From an uncultured Nitrosopumilaceae archaeon (GTDB taxonomy: Archaea > Thermoproteota > Nitrososphaeria > Nitrososphaerales > Nitrosopumilaceae), in NCBI GenBank assembly GCA_937897875.1, contig CALCPD010000008.1, positions 1-63,001 of the forward strand: 63,001 bases of DNA, read 5' to 3'. Shown here in pieces: positions 18,439 through 29,275 of the stretch. Position numbers and translations under genes: made by a program. The notes beneath the pieces were generated by a model. The model was not told where the DNA came from. It did not search any database and saw only the letters and a list, made by a program, of their open reading frames with translations. The stretch's first letter is position 1. Each line of letters starts with the position of its first letter.

Positions 18439-18541
18439 TTCAATATTTGATGTTTTAATTTGAATTTAAAGGTGGGGAATTTGACATATGTTCTAAAAAA
18501 ATATTGATCGCAAATAAAATTGGAATTAACGAGATCCATAT

Positions 18542-19096
18542 ATGGAACATTTAGACACAATTGGTATGAATAATTCTTTTGATAGGCCAAATTGGGATGA
18601 ATATTTTATGCTGCAAGCAGAATTAGCAAAATTAAGGTCTAATTGCATAACCAGACAAGTTGGCGCAGTAATTGTCAGAGATCACAGACAATTAGCAACA
18701 GGATATAACGGAACTCCACCAGGAATCAAAAATTGTTTTGAAGGAGGGTGTAAAAGATGCCAACTTAGAATGGAAGGCAAAATTGAATCAGGTGCATCAT
18801 TAGATCGTTGTTTATGCAATCATGCTGAAGCCAACGCCATAATGCATTGTGCAATTTTAGGAATTGAAGCAGGTGTAAAGGGAGCTATTTTGTATACAAC
18901 ATTTGTTCCATGCCTGGAATGTACTAAGATGGCAATAACAATTGGGATAAAGAAATTTGTTTGTTTAGATAAATATCCAGAAACAGATTATGATTTGTTA
19001 GATGAAGCAGGTGTAGAAATAGTGCATTTAGAAAAATCAAAAATCGAGAAATGGGCCAAAGAATTAGTTAGCAAATATGAAAAAACGAGTGATTAA
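18542..19096 (+). CDS. dCMP deaminase family protein
   Basis: WDEYFM, RSNC..RQVGA, TGYNG, HAEANA, PCLEC. Confidence 0.92.
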   Translation: MEHLDTIGMNNSFDRPNWDEYFMLQAELAKLRSNCITRQVGAVIVRDHRQLATGYNGTPPGIKNCFEGGCKRCQLRMEGKIESGASLDRCLCNHAEANAIMHCAILGIEAGVKGAILYTTFVPCLECTKMAITIGIKKFVCLDKYPETDYDLLDEAGVEIVHLEKSKIEKWAKELVSKYEKTSD

Positions 19097-21652
19097 ATGC
19101 AAGTCAAAGTAGCACAAGTAGAAAAAATAGAAACTATGCTTCCAGCAATGTTAGTTTCTGCAACATATGATGGCATGAGTAAATCAGCTGTTCTAAAATT
19201 TTATGAGCCAACAGAGCAAAAATTATTTTTATGGAAAGATGAAATAGGACATAAACCATATTGTTATTCAAAATTATCTCCAGATGAATTAGATTTTTTA
19301 CAAGAAAGAGATGATGTTTTAGAAATTAAAACAATCAAAAAGCATGATTTGATTCAGGATAAAGAAATTGAAATGTCTAAGATAACAGTAGACAATCCAC
19401 TATCAATTGGAGGAAATTATGGTGAAAGTATAAGAAATCAAATTGAAACATGGGAATCAGATATCAAATATTATGAAACATATTTGTACGATAGACAATT
19501 AGTTGTTGGAAAATATTATGAAATAACAAAAGGATTACTCAAACCACACGATATGGAAATTTCAGATGAAGTAAAACTCGCACTAAAAAGTTTGTTGTGG
19601 GATAAAGTAGATAGTAAAAGCATGATAGATGCTGAAGAATTTAAAGAATTTATTTCAGAGTGGGCAGATTTGCTTAATCAACCAATTCCAAAAATAAAAA
19701 GACTCAGCGTAGACATTGAAGTAGAATTTGATCCAGGAAGATTTCCAGATCCTAAACTTGCAGAAAAAAGAGTTACTGCGATAGGACTCAAAGGAACAGA
19801 TGATTTTGATCAAATATTTGTGCTCAAAACAGAAGGAACCGATAAAGGAAATAATGAATTAAACGACAACATCAAAGTAACATTTTACGAGTTAGATAAA
19901 GAAAAAGAAATGATTGCAGATGCATTTAAGATAATTGAAGAATTTCCATTTGTAGTTACATACAATGGAGATGAATTTGATTTGCCATATTTGTACAATA
20001 GAGCAGAAAGATTAGGAATTACAAATGAAAACAATCCATTATACATGATGAGAGATTCTGCAACCCTAAAACATGGAGTTCATATTGATTTGTATAGAAC
20101 ATTATCAAATCGCTCATTTCAAATCTATGCATTCAGTCAATCATATACAGATTTTTCATTAAACAGTGTATCAAAAGCACTACTAGGAAAAGAGAAAATC
20201 GATTATGGTTTAGATTTTGATAAATTATCGCTTTATCAAACCGCAAATTATTGTTACAATGATGCACAGTTAACTTATGAACTTACAAGTTTTAACAGCG
20301 ACCTGTTGATGAATTTACTTGTAATTATTGCAAGAATTGGAAGAATGCCAATTGATGACATTGCAAGAATGGGAGTTTCGCAATGGATTAGAAGTTTGTT
20401 ATATTATGAACATAGAAAAAGAAATTCACTAATTCCAAAAAGAGAAGAATTACAAAAAAGAACAGAAGGGGTAATGTCAGATGCAGTGATCAAAGATAAA
20501 AAATATCGAGGAGGTTTAGTCGTGGAGCCAAAAGAGGGTATTCATTTTAAAGTCGTTGTGATGGATTTTGCAAGTCTATATCCAAGTATAATTAAAGTTA
20601 GAAATTTATCTTATGAAACAGTTAGATGTGCACACGAAGAATGTAAGAAAAATACAATACCGCAAACGAATCATTGGACATGTTCTAAAAAAAATGGATT
20701 AACAGCATTAATCATCGGATCATTAAGGGATTTACGAGTAAATTATTACAAAAGTCTCTCAAAAAAAGAAACATTAACTGATGAACAAAGACAACAATAC
20801 ACAGTAGTCAGTCAAGCACTCAAAGTAATTTTGAATGCAAGTTATGGTGTAATGGGTGCAGAAATTTTTCCGTTATATTTCCTACCTGCAGCAGAAGCAA
20901 CAACAGCAGTTGGAAGATACACAATTTTAGAGACAATCAAAAAATGTGAAGGTACAGGAATTGAAGTACTATATGGAGATACAGATTCATTATTCATTAA
21001 AAATCCAACAGAAGAACAAATTCAAAAACTAATTGAGCAAGCTAAAAAGGATCATGGGGTAGACTTAGAAATCGACAAGACATACAGATATTGCGTATTA
21101 AGTAACAGAAAGAAAAATTACTTAGGAGTAACAAATTCAGGAAAAGTTGATGTTAAAGGACTAACAGGGAAAAAATCCCATACTCCAGCATTCATTAAAA
21201 AATTATTTTTTGAATTACTGGATGTTTTATCAGTAGTTCAAACAATGGAAGATTTTGTAAAGGCAAAAAAGGAAATTTCTGAGAAAATTGCAATATGTGG
21301 TAAAAAAGTAGAAGGCAAGGAAATTCCTTTAGAAGATTTAACATTTAATGTAATGCTAAGTAAAGCTCCATCAGAATACACAAAAACAATACCACAACAT
21401 ATCAGGGCAGCAAAGCAATTAGAAGGAATAAGAGAAATAAAAAAAGGAGATAAAATTTCATTTATCAAAATACTAAACAAACCAGGAGTAAAACCAGTAG
21501 AGTTAGCAAAAAAAGAAGAAATTGATGCTAAAAAGTATATGGAGTTTTTAGAATCTACATTGGAACAAATAACATCATCAATGGATTTAGATTTTGATAC
21601 AATTTTAGGAAAACCAAAACAAACAGGATTAGACGAATTCTTTTGGAGTTAA
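19097..21652 (+). CDS. polB: Family B DNA polymerase (PolB1)
   Basis: Exo DIE and YNGDEFD; DFASLYPS, KVILNASYG, YGDTDS; C-terminal PIP QTGLDEFF. Confidence 0.97.
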   Translation: MQVKVAQVEKIETMLPAMLVSATYDGMSKSAVLKFYEPTEQKLFLWKDEIGHKPYCYSKLSPDELDFLQERDDVLEIKTIKKHDLIQDKEIEMSKITVDNPLSIGGNYGESIRNQIETWESDIKYYETYLYDRQLVVGKYYEITKGLLKPHDMEISDEVKLALKSLLWDKVDSKSMIDAEEFKEFISEWADLLNQPIPKIKRLSVDIEVEFDPGRFPDPKLAEKRVTAIGLKGTDDFDQIFVLKTEGTDKGNNELNDNIKVTFYELDKEKEMIADAFKIIEEFPFVVTYNGDEFDLPYLYNRAERLGITNENNPLYMMRDSATLKHGVHIDLYRTLSNRSFQIYAFSQSYTDFSLNSVSKALLGKEKIDYGLDFDKLSLYQTANYCYNDAQLTYELTSFNSDLLMNLLVIIARIGRMPIDDIARMGVSQWIRSLLYYEHRKRNSLIPKREELQKRTEGVMSDAVIKDKKYRGGLVVEPKEGIHFKVVVMDFASLYPSIIKVRNLSYETVRCAHEECKKNTIPQTNHWTCSKKNGLTALIIGSLRDLRVNYYKSLSKKETLTDEQRQQYTVVSQALKVILNASYGVMGAEIFPLYFLPAAEATTAVGRYTILETIKKCEGTGIEVLYGDTDSLFIKNPTEEQIQKLIEQAKKDHGVDLEIDKTYRYCVLSNRKKNYLGVTNSGKVDVKGLTGKKSHTPAFIKKLFFELLDVLSVVQTMEDFVKAKKEISEKIAICGKKVEGKEIPLEDLTFNVMLSKAPSEYTKTIPQHIRAAKQLEGIREIKKGDKISFIKILNKPGVKPVELAKKEEIDAKKYMEFLESTLEQITSSMDLDFDTILGKPKQTGLDEFFWS

Positions 21653-21659
21653 AAAAATC

Positions 21660-21944
21660 ATGGAAATAGATCCAATATTATTAACAATTTTAGGAGTGGC
21701 AGCAGGAGTTTTAATTCTAACAGGATGGGTAGATCAAATTTACAAAGGCTACAAATCAAAAAGCCTAAAAGATGTTTCAAGTTTTTTATTGATATTCATA
21801 TCAGCAGGGGCAATATTGTGGCTAATTTATGGCATTATTGTAGTAGACATATTCATCATAGGCACCAATATTGCAGCCATTGTACTGATGTTTATCGTGC
21901 TAGTAATGAAAAAACAATATGATAAAAAAATAGAAACATCGTAG
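21660..21944 (+). CDS. SemiSWEET/PQ-loop-like small transporter
   Basis: Three TM helices, Q..K..KSKS.KDVS, WLIYG, TN. Confidence 0.75.
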   Translation: MEIDPILLTILGVAAGVLILTGWVDQIYKGYKSKSLKDVSSFLLIFISAGAILWLIYGIIVVDIFIIGTNIAAIVLMFIVLVMKKQYDKKIETS

Positions 21945-21987
21945 TTCAATGAAGAATTAAATACAATATAAAAAAATTCAGTAGAAG

Positions 21988-22644
21988 ATGTTCATAATTA
22001 ATTGTAAAAACTATGAAGAAATATCAGGAGATAAAATTAAAAAATTTATAAAAATTGCAGAGCAAGTTTCAAAAAAATATAAGGTAAAAATTGCAATATC
22101 ACCACCACAGCATCTTATTGGATTAGTTGCAAATAGTTCAATTCCAATTTTAGCTCAACATATAGATGATTCAAAGATTGGGAGTACTACAGGCTACATA
22201 ATTCCAGAATTATTAAAAAAATCAAAAGTAAAAGGTTCACTAATCAATCACAGTGAACATAGAATTTCAAGTAAAGAAATTGAAAAACTAGTTTTAAAAT
22301 TAAAAGAATTAAAAATGATTTCAATAGTATGTGTAAAGGATGTAGCAGAAGTAAAAAAATATCTAAAAATTAATCCAGATTTTATTGCAATAGAACCACC
22401 AGAATTAATTGGTTCAGGAAAGGCAATATCTACAGAAAAACCAGATCTAATACAAAAGGCAGCAAGTATTGTAAATGATTCAAAAAATAAAACAAAATTA
22501 CTTTGTGGTGCAGGTATTGTATCAGGGGAAGACGTTGCAAAATCAATAGAATTAGGATCAAAAGGGATCCTAGTAGCTAGTGGCATAATTAAAGCAAAAA
22601 ATTGGAATAAAATAATTTCAGAATTTGCAAAGGCATTAGTTTAA
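21988..22644 (+). CDS. tpiA: Triosephosphate isomerase (archaeal type)
   Basis: INCKNY, NHSEHR, AIEPPELIGSG, LCGAGI. Confidence 0.95.
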   Translation: MFIINCKNYEEISGDKIKKFIKIAEQVSKKYKVKIAISPPQHLIGLVANSSIPILAQHIDDSKIGSTTGYIIPELLKKSKVKGSLINHSEHRISSKEIEKLVLKLKELKMISIVCVKDVAEVKKYLKINPDFIAIEPPELIGSGKAISTEKPDLIQKAASIVNDSKNKTKLLCGAGIVSGEDVAKSIELGSKGILVASGIIKAKNWNKIISEFAKALV

Positions 22645-22671
22645 AAAGCCAAAAAATTTACAAATTTCTGC

Positions 22672-25341
22672 ATGGCAAAAAATAAACCAGTTTATGCATT
22701 TGAAGAAGCAGATAGTAAAAAAAGAATGCTTCTAGGAGGCAAAGGAGCAGGATTAAGTGAAATGACTCGATTAAAACTACCAGTACCTCCAGGATTTACA
22801 ATTACAACGGAAGTTTGTAACAAGTATTACGATAACAATGGAAAACTTCCAAAAGATGTCATGCCAGCAGTAATGAAAAATATTACAAAAATGGAAAAAA
22901 AGACAGGTAAAAAATGGAATTCAACAAAAAATCCATTACTAGTATCTGTTCGTTCGGGAGCAGCAATTTCTATGCCAGGAATGATGGATACAATTTTGAA
23001 TTTAGGGCTAAATGAGAAAACAGTAGAAGGTTTTGCAGAACAAACTAAAAATCCAAGATTTTCATGGGATTCCTATAGAAGATTTATTCAATTATTTGGA
23101 AAAGTGGTATTTGGAGTAAATGATGAAAAATTTGATCATGTATTGGATGATGCAAAAGAAAAACAAGGAGTTACAGATGACAGTAAACTTAGTGTAGAAT
23201 CTTTAAAGTCAATTGTTTCAAAATATAAGAAAATATGTGAAGAACATACAAAAAGAAAATTCCCAGATACGCCAGATGAACAATTAGTATTGTCAATTGA
23301 AGCAGTTTTCAAAAGTTGGATGGGAGAAAGAGCAATAGTTTATCGTGAAAAAAATAACATTACAAAAGATATTGCTAATGGAACTGCAGTAAACGTAGTG
23401 ACAATGGTATTTGGAAACATGGGAGATGATAGTGCAACAGGAGTTGTATTTACAAGAAATGGTCATAACGGTAAAAAAGAGATAGAAGGAGAATATCTAA
23501 TTAATGCACAAGGAGAAGATGTAGTAGCAGGAGTTAGAACTGGAAAAAGCATAGAATTATTGAAAAAAGATATGCCAAAATCACATAAAGAATTAAGTAA
23601 TGCATGTGCAAAATTAGAAAAACATTTCAGAGAACCTCAAGATATTGAATTTACAATTGAACAAGGGAAATTTTACTTGTTACAAACAAGAACTGCAAAG
23701 ATGAGTGCAGCTGCATTAGTAAAAACATCAGTGGACATGGTTAAAGAAAAATTAATCAATAAAGATAAAGCACTTACCAGAATTCCAGCACAACAGTTAG
23801 AAGCATTATTACACAGAACAATGGATGAATCTAAAATTAAAGATTTCAAAAAATTAGCAAAAGGAATTGCAGCATCCCCAGGAGCTGCAAGTGGAATTGT
23901 AGTATTTGATGTTAAAAAGGCAATAGAATTAGGAGATTCAGGTAAAAAAGTCATTTTAGTTAGAAAAGAAACTAAACCAGAAGATGTTCCAGCATTCTTT
24001 TCATCAGAAGGAATTTTGACTAGTCTTGGAGGTAAATCATCTCATGCTGCAATTGTTTCAAGAGGAATGGGAAAACCATGTATCGTAGGATGTCCAGAAT
24101 TAAAAATAGATTATGATAACAACATAGGAACTGCAAATGGAATGACAATCAAAGAAGGAGAAACAATCACCATTGATGGAAGTGAAGGAACTGTCTTTAT
24201 TGGAGAAATTCCAACAGTAGAGCCAAAAGTAACAAAAGACTTTGAGCAAATATTGGCATGGGCACAAAAAACCAAAACATTAGGAATTAGAGCAAATGCA
24301 GATACTCCAGATATGGCAAAACTTGCAAGAAAGTTTGGAGGTCAAGGAATTGGTCTATGTAGAACAGAAAGAATGTTCAATGGCAGTGATAGAATTAACT
24401 TATTTGTAGAAATGATCATGGCAGAGAATATTGAAGATAGAAATAAAATTTTAGAAAAGTTAGGAAAATTACAAAAAAGTGACTTTATTGAAATCCTCAA
24501 AGCTATGGAAGGATACGAAGTAACTATCAGATTACTAGACCCACCATTACATGAGTTCTTGCCTAATCCAGAAGAATTAGTTGAAAAAATACAAAAATTA
24601 GAAGCAGCTGGAAAAACAAATGAAATTTCTGAAGCAAAAGTGGTTCTTAAAAGAGCAAGAGAACTAGCAGAAGTAAATCCAATGATGGGACACAGAGGAG
24701 TCAGAGTTGGTGTAACATATCCAGAAATATATGAAATGCAAATTAAATCAGTATTTGAAGCACTAGTAGAATTAACCAAAAAGAAAGTTAAAGCACATCC
24801 ACAAATCATGATTCCACAAATCAGCAGTATTGCGGAATTAAATCACATCAAATCAATCTACGATAGAATTAAGAAAGAAACAGAAACAAAACATAAAATG
24901 AAATTAAAAATAAACTTTGGAACTATGATCGAAGTAGTAAGAGCTGCATTAACTGCAAATGAACTTGCAAGTACTGCAGAATTTTTCAGTTTTGGAACAA
25001 ATGATCTAACTCAAGGAACATTTAGTTTCAGTAGAGAAGATGTAGAAGGTAAATTCTTACCAGAATATATGGAAAAAGAACTACTAGAAAGAAATCCATT
25101 TCAATCAATTGATGTTAACGGAGTAGGTAGTTTAATCAAAATTGGAATTGCAGCTGGTAGAGGAGTTAGAAAGAATATGGAAGTAGGAATATGTGGAGAG
25201 CATGGAGGAGATCCGAGTTCAATCAAATTCTGTCATGGAGAAGGTCTAAGTTATGTTAGTGCATCACCACATAGAATTCCAATAGCAATAGTTGCAGCAG
25301 CACAAGCAGCAATAGAACAGCCAAAAAAGAAGAAGAAATAA
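22672..25341 (+). CDS. ppdK: Pyruvate, phosphate dikinase
   Basis: LLGGKGAGL, SVRSGA..SMPGMMDT, GGKSSHAA, GLCRTE, FSFGTNDLTQ, GICGEHGG. Confidence 0.97.
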   Translation: MAKNKPVYAFEEADSKKRMLLGGKGAGLSEMTRLKLPVPPGFTITTEVCNKYYDNNGKLPKDVMPAVMKNITKMEKKTGKKWNSTKNPLLVSVRSGAAISMPGMMDTILNLGLNEKTVEGFAEQTKNPRFSWDSYRRFIQLFGKVVFGVNDEKFDHVLDDAKEKQGVTDDSKLSVESLKSIVSKYKKICEEHTKRKFPDTPDEQLVLSIEAVFKSWMGERAIVYREKNNITKDIANGTAVNVVTMVFGNMGDDSATGVVFTRNGHNGKKEIEGEYLINAQGEDVVAGVRTGKSIELLKKDMPKSHKELSNACAKLEKHFREPQDIEFTIEQGKFYLLQTRTAKMSAAALVKTSVDMVKEKLINKDKALTRIPAQQLEALLHRTMDESKIKDFKKLAKGIAASPGAASGIVVFDVKKAIELGDSGKKVILVRKETKPEDVPAFFSSEGILTSLGGKSSHAAIVSRGMGKPCIVGCPELKIDYDNNIGTANGMTIKEGETITIDGSEGTVFIGEIPTVEPKVTKDFEQILAWAQKTKTLGIRANADTPDMAKLARKFGGQGIGLCRTERMFNGSDRINLFVEMIMAENIEDRNKILEKLGKLQKSDFIEILKAMEGYEVTIRLLDPPLHEFLPNPEELVEKIQKLEAAGKTNEISEAKVVLKRARELAEVNPMMGHRGVRVGVTYPEIYEMQIKSVFEALVELTKKKVKAHPQIMIPQISSIAELNHIKSIYDRIKKETETKHKMKLKINFGTMIEVVRAALTANELASTAEFFSFGTNDLTQGTFSFSREDVEGKFLPEYMEKELLERNPFQSIDVNGVGSLIKIGIAAGRGVRKNMEVGICGEHGGDPSSIKFCHGEGLSYVSASPHRIPIAIVAAAQAAIEQPKKKKK

Positions 25342-25378
25342 CATAATTTAAAACCAAATAGAACACATCATATTTCAA

Positions 25379-25936
25379 ATGCTTCCAAGAATTGATTCAA
25401 TTAAACAAATTAGATTGAAAATTGGCATTACTCAAAAAAAACTTGCAATAATGACAGGAGTGAGTACATCAATGATTAATCAAATTGAATCAGGAAGAAG
25501 TCAACCAAGTTATGATACAGCAAAAAAAATATTTGAAAATCTTGCAAAATTAGAAGGAGAATCATCATCACATACAGCAGGGGATTTTTGTAGTAAAGAC
25601 ATCATAAAATTAAAACCTTCAAACACACTACATGACGCCATTAAAAAAATGCATGAATTATCAATTAGTCAAATTCCAGTTTTTGCTAATTCAGAAATTA
25701 TGGGTGTGGTGTCAGAAGATGGAATTGTTAGACATTTAGCAGATTTAGGAGAAGCAGAATTAAAAAAAGCAAAGTTAGCAGATACAATGGATGCAATCCC
25801 ACCAATTGTAGATTTTGATACACCTGCAAATGTATTAGTGCCGTTGATCAGATATTCAAAATGCATCCTAGTATCAAAAAAATCAAAAATCATAGGAATC
25901 ATTACAGCTTCAGATACATTGAAGATGATGGAATAA
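25379..25936 (+). CDS. XRE-family HTH plus CBS-pair regulator
   Basis: ITQKKLA..TGVSTSMINQIESGRSQPS and two CBS motifs. Confidence 0.9.
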   Translation: MLPRIDSIKQIRLKIGITQKKLAIMTGVSTSMINQIESGRSQPSYDTAKKIFENLAKLEGESSSHTAGDFCSKDIIKLKPSNTLHDAIKKMHELSISQIPVFANSEIMGVVSEDGIVRHLADLGEAELKKAKLADTMDAIPPIVDFDTPANVLVPLIRYSKCILVSKKSKIIGIITASDTLKMME

Positions 25937-26063
25937 GATTAAAGTAAATTTAATTTTAAAATAATTAAATAAAAAATATTTTATGCATAAAAAAATTAGG
26001 ACAGTCTAATTAGTACAGTCTAATTTTAACAGCATTTAATAGAATTAGAAAGTAATTCAACGT

Positions 26064-26342
26064 ATGAATCCGTGGAATAAATTTTGGAATTGGTATGAAA
26101 ACAAAATACTAGGTAGTATCGTAATCATTGCAATAATACAGTTTATTCAAATACCGCATATGGTATGGAATGCAGACATTATGCTTGAAGCAGGAATTAT
26201 TTCAAGAGTTCATCCAATAATTGACTGGTTCCTATACGGTGTCGATTTAATTGAAATTATTTCAATTATCAATGTAGGAATGATCATGTTTAGTTTGGTT
26301 AAAAAAAGAAGAGCAGATAAAAAACAATCTAAAATGACCTAG
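26064..26342 (+). CDS. Small membrane protein
   Basis: Two TM helices, QIPH motif. Confidence 0.7.
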   Translation: MNPWNKFWNWYENKILGSIVIIAIIQFIQIPHMVWNADIMLEAGIISRVHPIIDWFLYGVDLIEIISIINVGMIMFSLVKKRRADKKQSKMT

Positions 26343-27163
26343 TCTTTTCCAGTCCAAATTACTCTTTGTGGGAAAGGGATTTCAATTCCAGACTTATCAA
26401 GAGCACGTTTAACGGTAGTTAGTAGAATGGGTTGAGCTTGGCTCCAATCATCTCTAGGATGCCAAACAAATACATGAATATTCACACTAGAATCACCTAA
26501 TTCCTCAACTCTAAATTCAGGTTCAGGAATTTGAAGCACAAATGGCATAGTTTGTTGAATTTCATTTTTTATTGCAAGAATTGCACCATCAATATCAGAT
26601 TCATAAGAAATTCCAACAGAGACATCTGCACGTCTCACAGTGGAAAGTGTTAGTGAACGAATATTGGATGTAAAGAATTTTTCATTAGGTATTCTAGTTA
26701 CAGTTCCATCAAATTTTCTCACTTTACTTGAGAAAGTTCCAATATCAAGAAGAGTTCCAGAAATACCCATGTCTGGAAGTTCAATAGTATCGCCATGTTT
26801 TGCAGGTTTTTCAACAATTAAAAATAATCCTGAAATCAAATTTGAGACAACAGATTGAGTTGCAAATCCAATCACTACAGCAAATATTCCACCTGCAACC
26901 ATAATTCCAGATAAGTCAATACCTTGGCTAGAGGTAAATCCTAAAAATGAAATTACTAAGATTCCAAAATAAATTAATTTACTAATATTTTGTGCAGTAT
27001 CTTTAGGTAATGACGGAGCATAATATTTGTGAAATAGTAATTTTGCAATTTTAGCAATAATCACACCCCCGGCCATGATAATACCACCAATCAGTAAAGA
27101 TAGAACAGTTAATTCTCCAACAAGTTGCATTTCAGATAGACCTTGAAGAAATTCTAAAACCAT
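26339..27163 (-). CDS. Small-conductance mechanosensitive channel (MscS family)
   Basis: GFATQSVVSNLISG, IPNEKF, IEIPFPQR. Confidence 0.92.
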   Translation of the reverse strand: MVLEFLQGLSEMQLVGELTVLSLLIGGIIMAGGVIIAKIAKLLFHKYYAPSLPKDTAQNISKLIYFGILVISFLGFTSSQGIDLSGIMVAGGIFAVVIGFATQSVVSNLISGLFLIVEKPAKHGDTIELPDMGISGTLLDIGTFSSKVRKFDGTVTRIPNEKFFTSNIRSLTLSTVRRADVSVGISYESDIDGAILAIKNEIQQTMPFVLQIPEPEFRVEELGDSSVNIHVFVWHPRDDWSQAQPILLTTVKRALDKSGIEIPFPQRVIWTGKD

Positions 27164-27924
27164 TATTCCAAGCCCATCTCCATATGAGTACTTACAATTT
27201 TATCTTCCCAGGTAGGAGACATAGACCAATCAGTTTGAAGAGAAGTAGTTTTAACATCAGCAATATTCACAGCAGCACGTTTTTTCATAGTAATTTTTAT
27301 TCCATCAATAATTGTTTTTGAGTCTTGGTAGTATAGGGCATTATCAGTTATTTGAAATACAATTTTGCTTATGGATTGCCCAAAAGACAAAGTGTTTTCA
27401 ACAACAATTTGCATTACACCTTCCAAATAGGAATTAGAATCAGTATAATCTGTAGCCAATGAAACTTTTGCATATTTACATAATTTTCCAGTGTCAGGAG
27501 AACCATACAGACCGAACCTAGAATTTAAAGAATTGCAAGTAATCCAATCAAGAGAATCACGAGTAGATTCGTGAACTAAAAAAATACCTATTTCAATTGG
27601 GCAATGGACAAAAATACTTGCTGCTGAATTTTCACTAAGATAAATATCCTTATCAAATTGTAAGAACATATGACTAGTTCGTCTTGCAGGATGATTAAGA
27701 GGTCTAATCGGAGCCAATTCAATTTTAAGATTATTAGATTTAATTGGAATTATTTTTTCAACTATCATACCTTCATAGTTTTTTCGAAAATATGAAAAAG
27801 CATTATCACTTATTCTATGAAATTTGATAGTAGTGTTTGGCAAGAAAAATTCAAGATCAGATTCTAAATCATATACCCCATAATTTGAAAAAGTTATTTC
27901 AGAATTATCACTCATTATTTTCAT
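27163..27924 (-). CDS. DUF432-like hypothetical protein
   Basis: PIRPLNHP, PIEIG, LYGSPDTG.LC motifs; adjacent to MscS as in other archaea. Confidence 0.65.
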   Translation of the reverse strand: MKIMSDNSEITFSNYGVYDLESDLEFFLPNTTIKFHRISDNAFSYFRKNYEGMIVEKIIPIKSNNLKIELAPIRPLNHPARRTSHMFLQFDKDIYLSENSAASIFVHCPIEIGIFLVHESTRDSLDWITCNSLNSRFGLYGSPDTGKLCKYAKVSLATDYTDSNSYLEGVMQIVVENTLSFGQSISKIVFQITDNALYYQDSKTIIDGIKITMKKRAAVNIADVKTTSLQTDWSMSPTWEDKIVSTHMEMGLE

Positions 27925-28012
27925 TTTATAATAGATAATCAGGATAGAATTGATTGATTAACAACTTTCATTGTCAATGTCATTAGAAATCATAGACAAA
28001 AAAAGAACATAA

Positions 28013-28213
28013 TTAGCTTCTAGTTCTCTTCTTAATAGTTGCAATTTTCTTTGACGATCTAGATTCTTTTGCTTTTGAAGTGGATTTGGTTACTTTTCCC
28101 TCAGTTTTCATACTTTTACCACTTCTTCTAGCAGCACGGGATTGTTCTGCTCTTGTTTTTTGTTCTTTCTTTGATTTTTCTTTTTGTTTTTCAGTTAATT
28201 TTGCTCTAACCAT
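28013..28213 (-). CDS. Small highly basic protein
   Basis: MVRAKLTEKQKEK..., K/R/S-rich. Confidence 0.6.
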   Translation of the reverse strand: MVRAKLTEKQKEKSKKEQKTRAEQSRAARRSGKSMKTEGKVTKSTSKAKESRSSKKIATIKKRTRS

Positions 28214-28250
28214 GTATAATCTGGGTATTTTATCATAAATAAAGGAATTC

Positions 28251-29174
28251 TTAAGAAATATGAGAAAACGAACCAACAGATACAGTCAGATCCTTAAATT
28301 TATCAGGTTGAATAATTTTTGCTAAAATTTCCAATCCTTCAACAGTACGAATACTAGGTTTGCTAAAAAATGAATTTGCATCTACAGCAAATACTTGATT
28401 ATTTTTTACAGCATTAAGAGAATTCCAGTCAGAGTTATTCCTTAAAATGGCATCATATTCAGACAGGGTGCGAATAGTATCAAACCCACATGGCATTAAA
28501 ATTATTATGTCAGGATTAGATTTTTTTACTTCCTGCATATCCATACGTCTTGAATGTTCACCAATTTTACTGATCAAATTAATTCCTCCGGCAAGTTCAA
28601 TCATTTCAGGTACCCAATGACCTGCAGTAAAAAAGGGTTCAATCCATTCAATTGCAAGAACAGTAGGTATTTTTTCATTTTTGGAATTTTGAATATTTTC
28701 AATACGTTGTCGTAAGGAATGCACAATTTCTAATGCCTTTTTTTCTTTTTGTAAAATTTTTCCTAATTTTGTAACAGATTGAATTATCTCATTTAGATTA
28801 TGAGGGTCCATTGAATATAATTCAGGTTTTTTTGGTAAAATTTCCAATGCAGTTTTAACTTCAGTAGTGTATGCGGCGCAAACTTCACATGTTTCTTGTG
28901 AAATAATTAAATCAGGATTAGCGTCAAGAAGATTTTTGTTATCTAACTCAAAAATATTTTTCCCATCACGAAGTAGAGTGCAAGTGATAGTGTTAATTTC
29001 ATTACTAGTTAATTCATCAGAATTAATTACAGATGAAATTACTTGTGGTTTTAATTTAGCATTTTCAGGGTATTTGCATTCATGTGTAACCCCAAATAAT
29101 TTTTCTTCAACTCCAAATTCATAAAGTAATTCAGTAGCACTTGGCAAAAAAGAAACTATTCGATCAATAGGCAT
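28251..29174 (-). CDS. Periplasmic-binding-protein type III (BtuF/cobalamin-iron family)
   Basis: RIVSFLPSATE, GVTHEC, QETCEVCA, EWIEP...GHWVPEM, FSKPSIR. Confidence 0.85.
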   Translation of the reverse strand: MPIDRIVSFLPSATELLYEFGVEEKLFGVTHECKYPENAKLKPQVISSVINSDELTSNEINTITCTLLRDGKNIFELDNKNLLDANPDLIISQETCEVCAAYTTEVKTALEILPKKPELYSMDPHNLNEIIQSVTKLGKILQKEKKALEIVHSLRQRIENIQNSKNEKIPTVLAIEWIEPFFTAGHWVPEMIELAGGINLISKIGEHSRRMDMQEVKKSNPDIIILMPCGFDTIRTLSEYDAILRNNSDWNSLNAVKNNQVFAVDANSFFSKPSIRTVEGLEILAKIIQPDKFKDLTVSVGSFSHIS

Positions 29175-29275
29175 ATTTGAAAGAGAATTCTACAAACATT
29201 AAACATTTTAGATTAGCTAAGCATTAATTATTGAAATTAGTCAACTTAATAGACATATTTTAGGCATAAATAACA

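Noticed and set aside
28251-29174. BtuF-like binding protein as part of the B12 light regulon
   Set aside because: No box upstream, it lies among housekeeping genes, and ligand specificity cannot be determined from sequence
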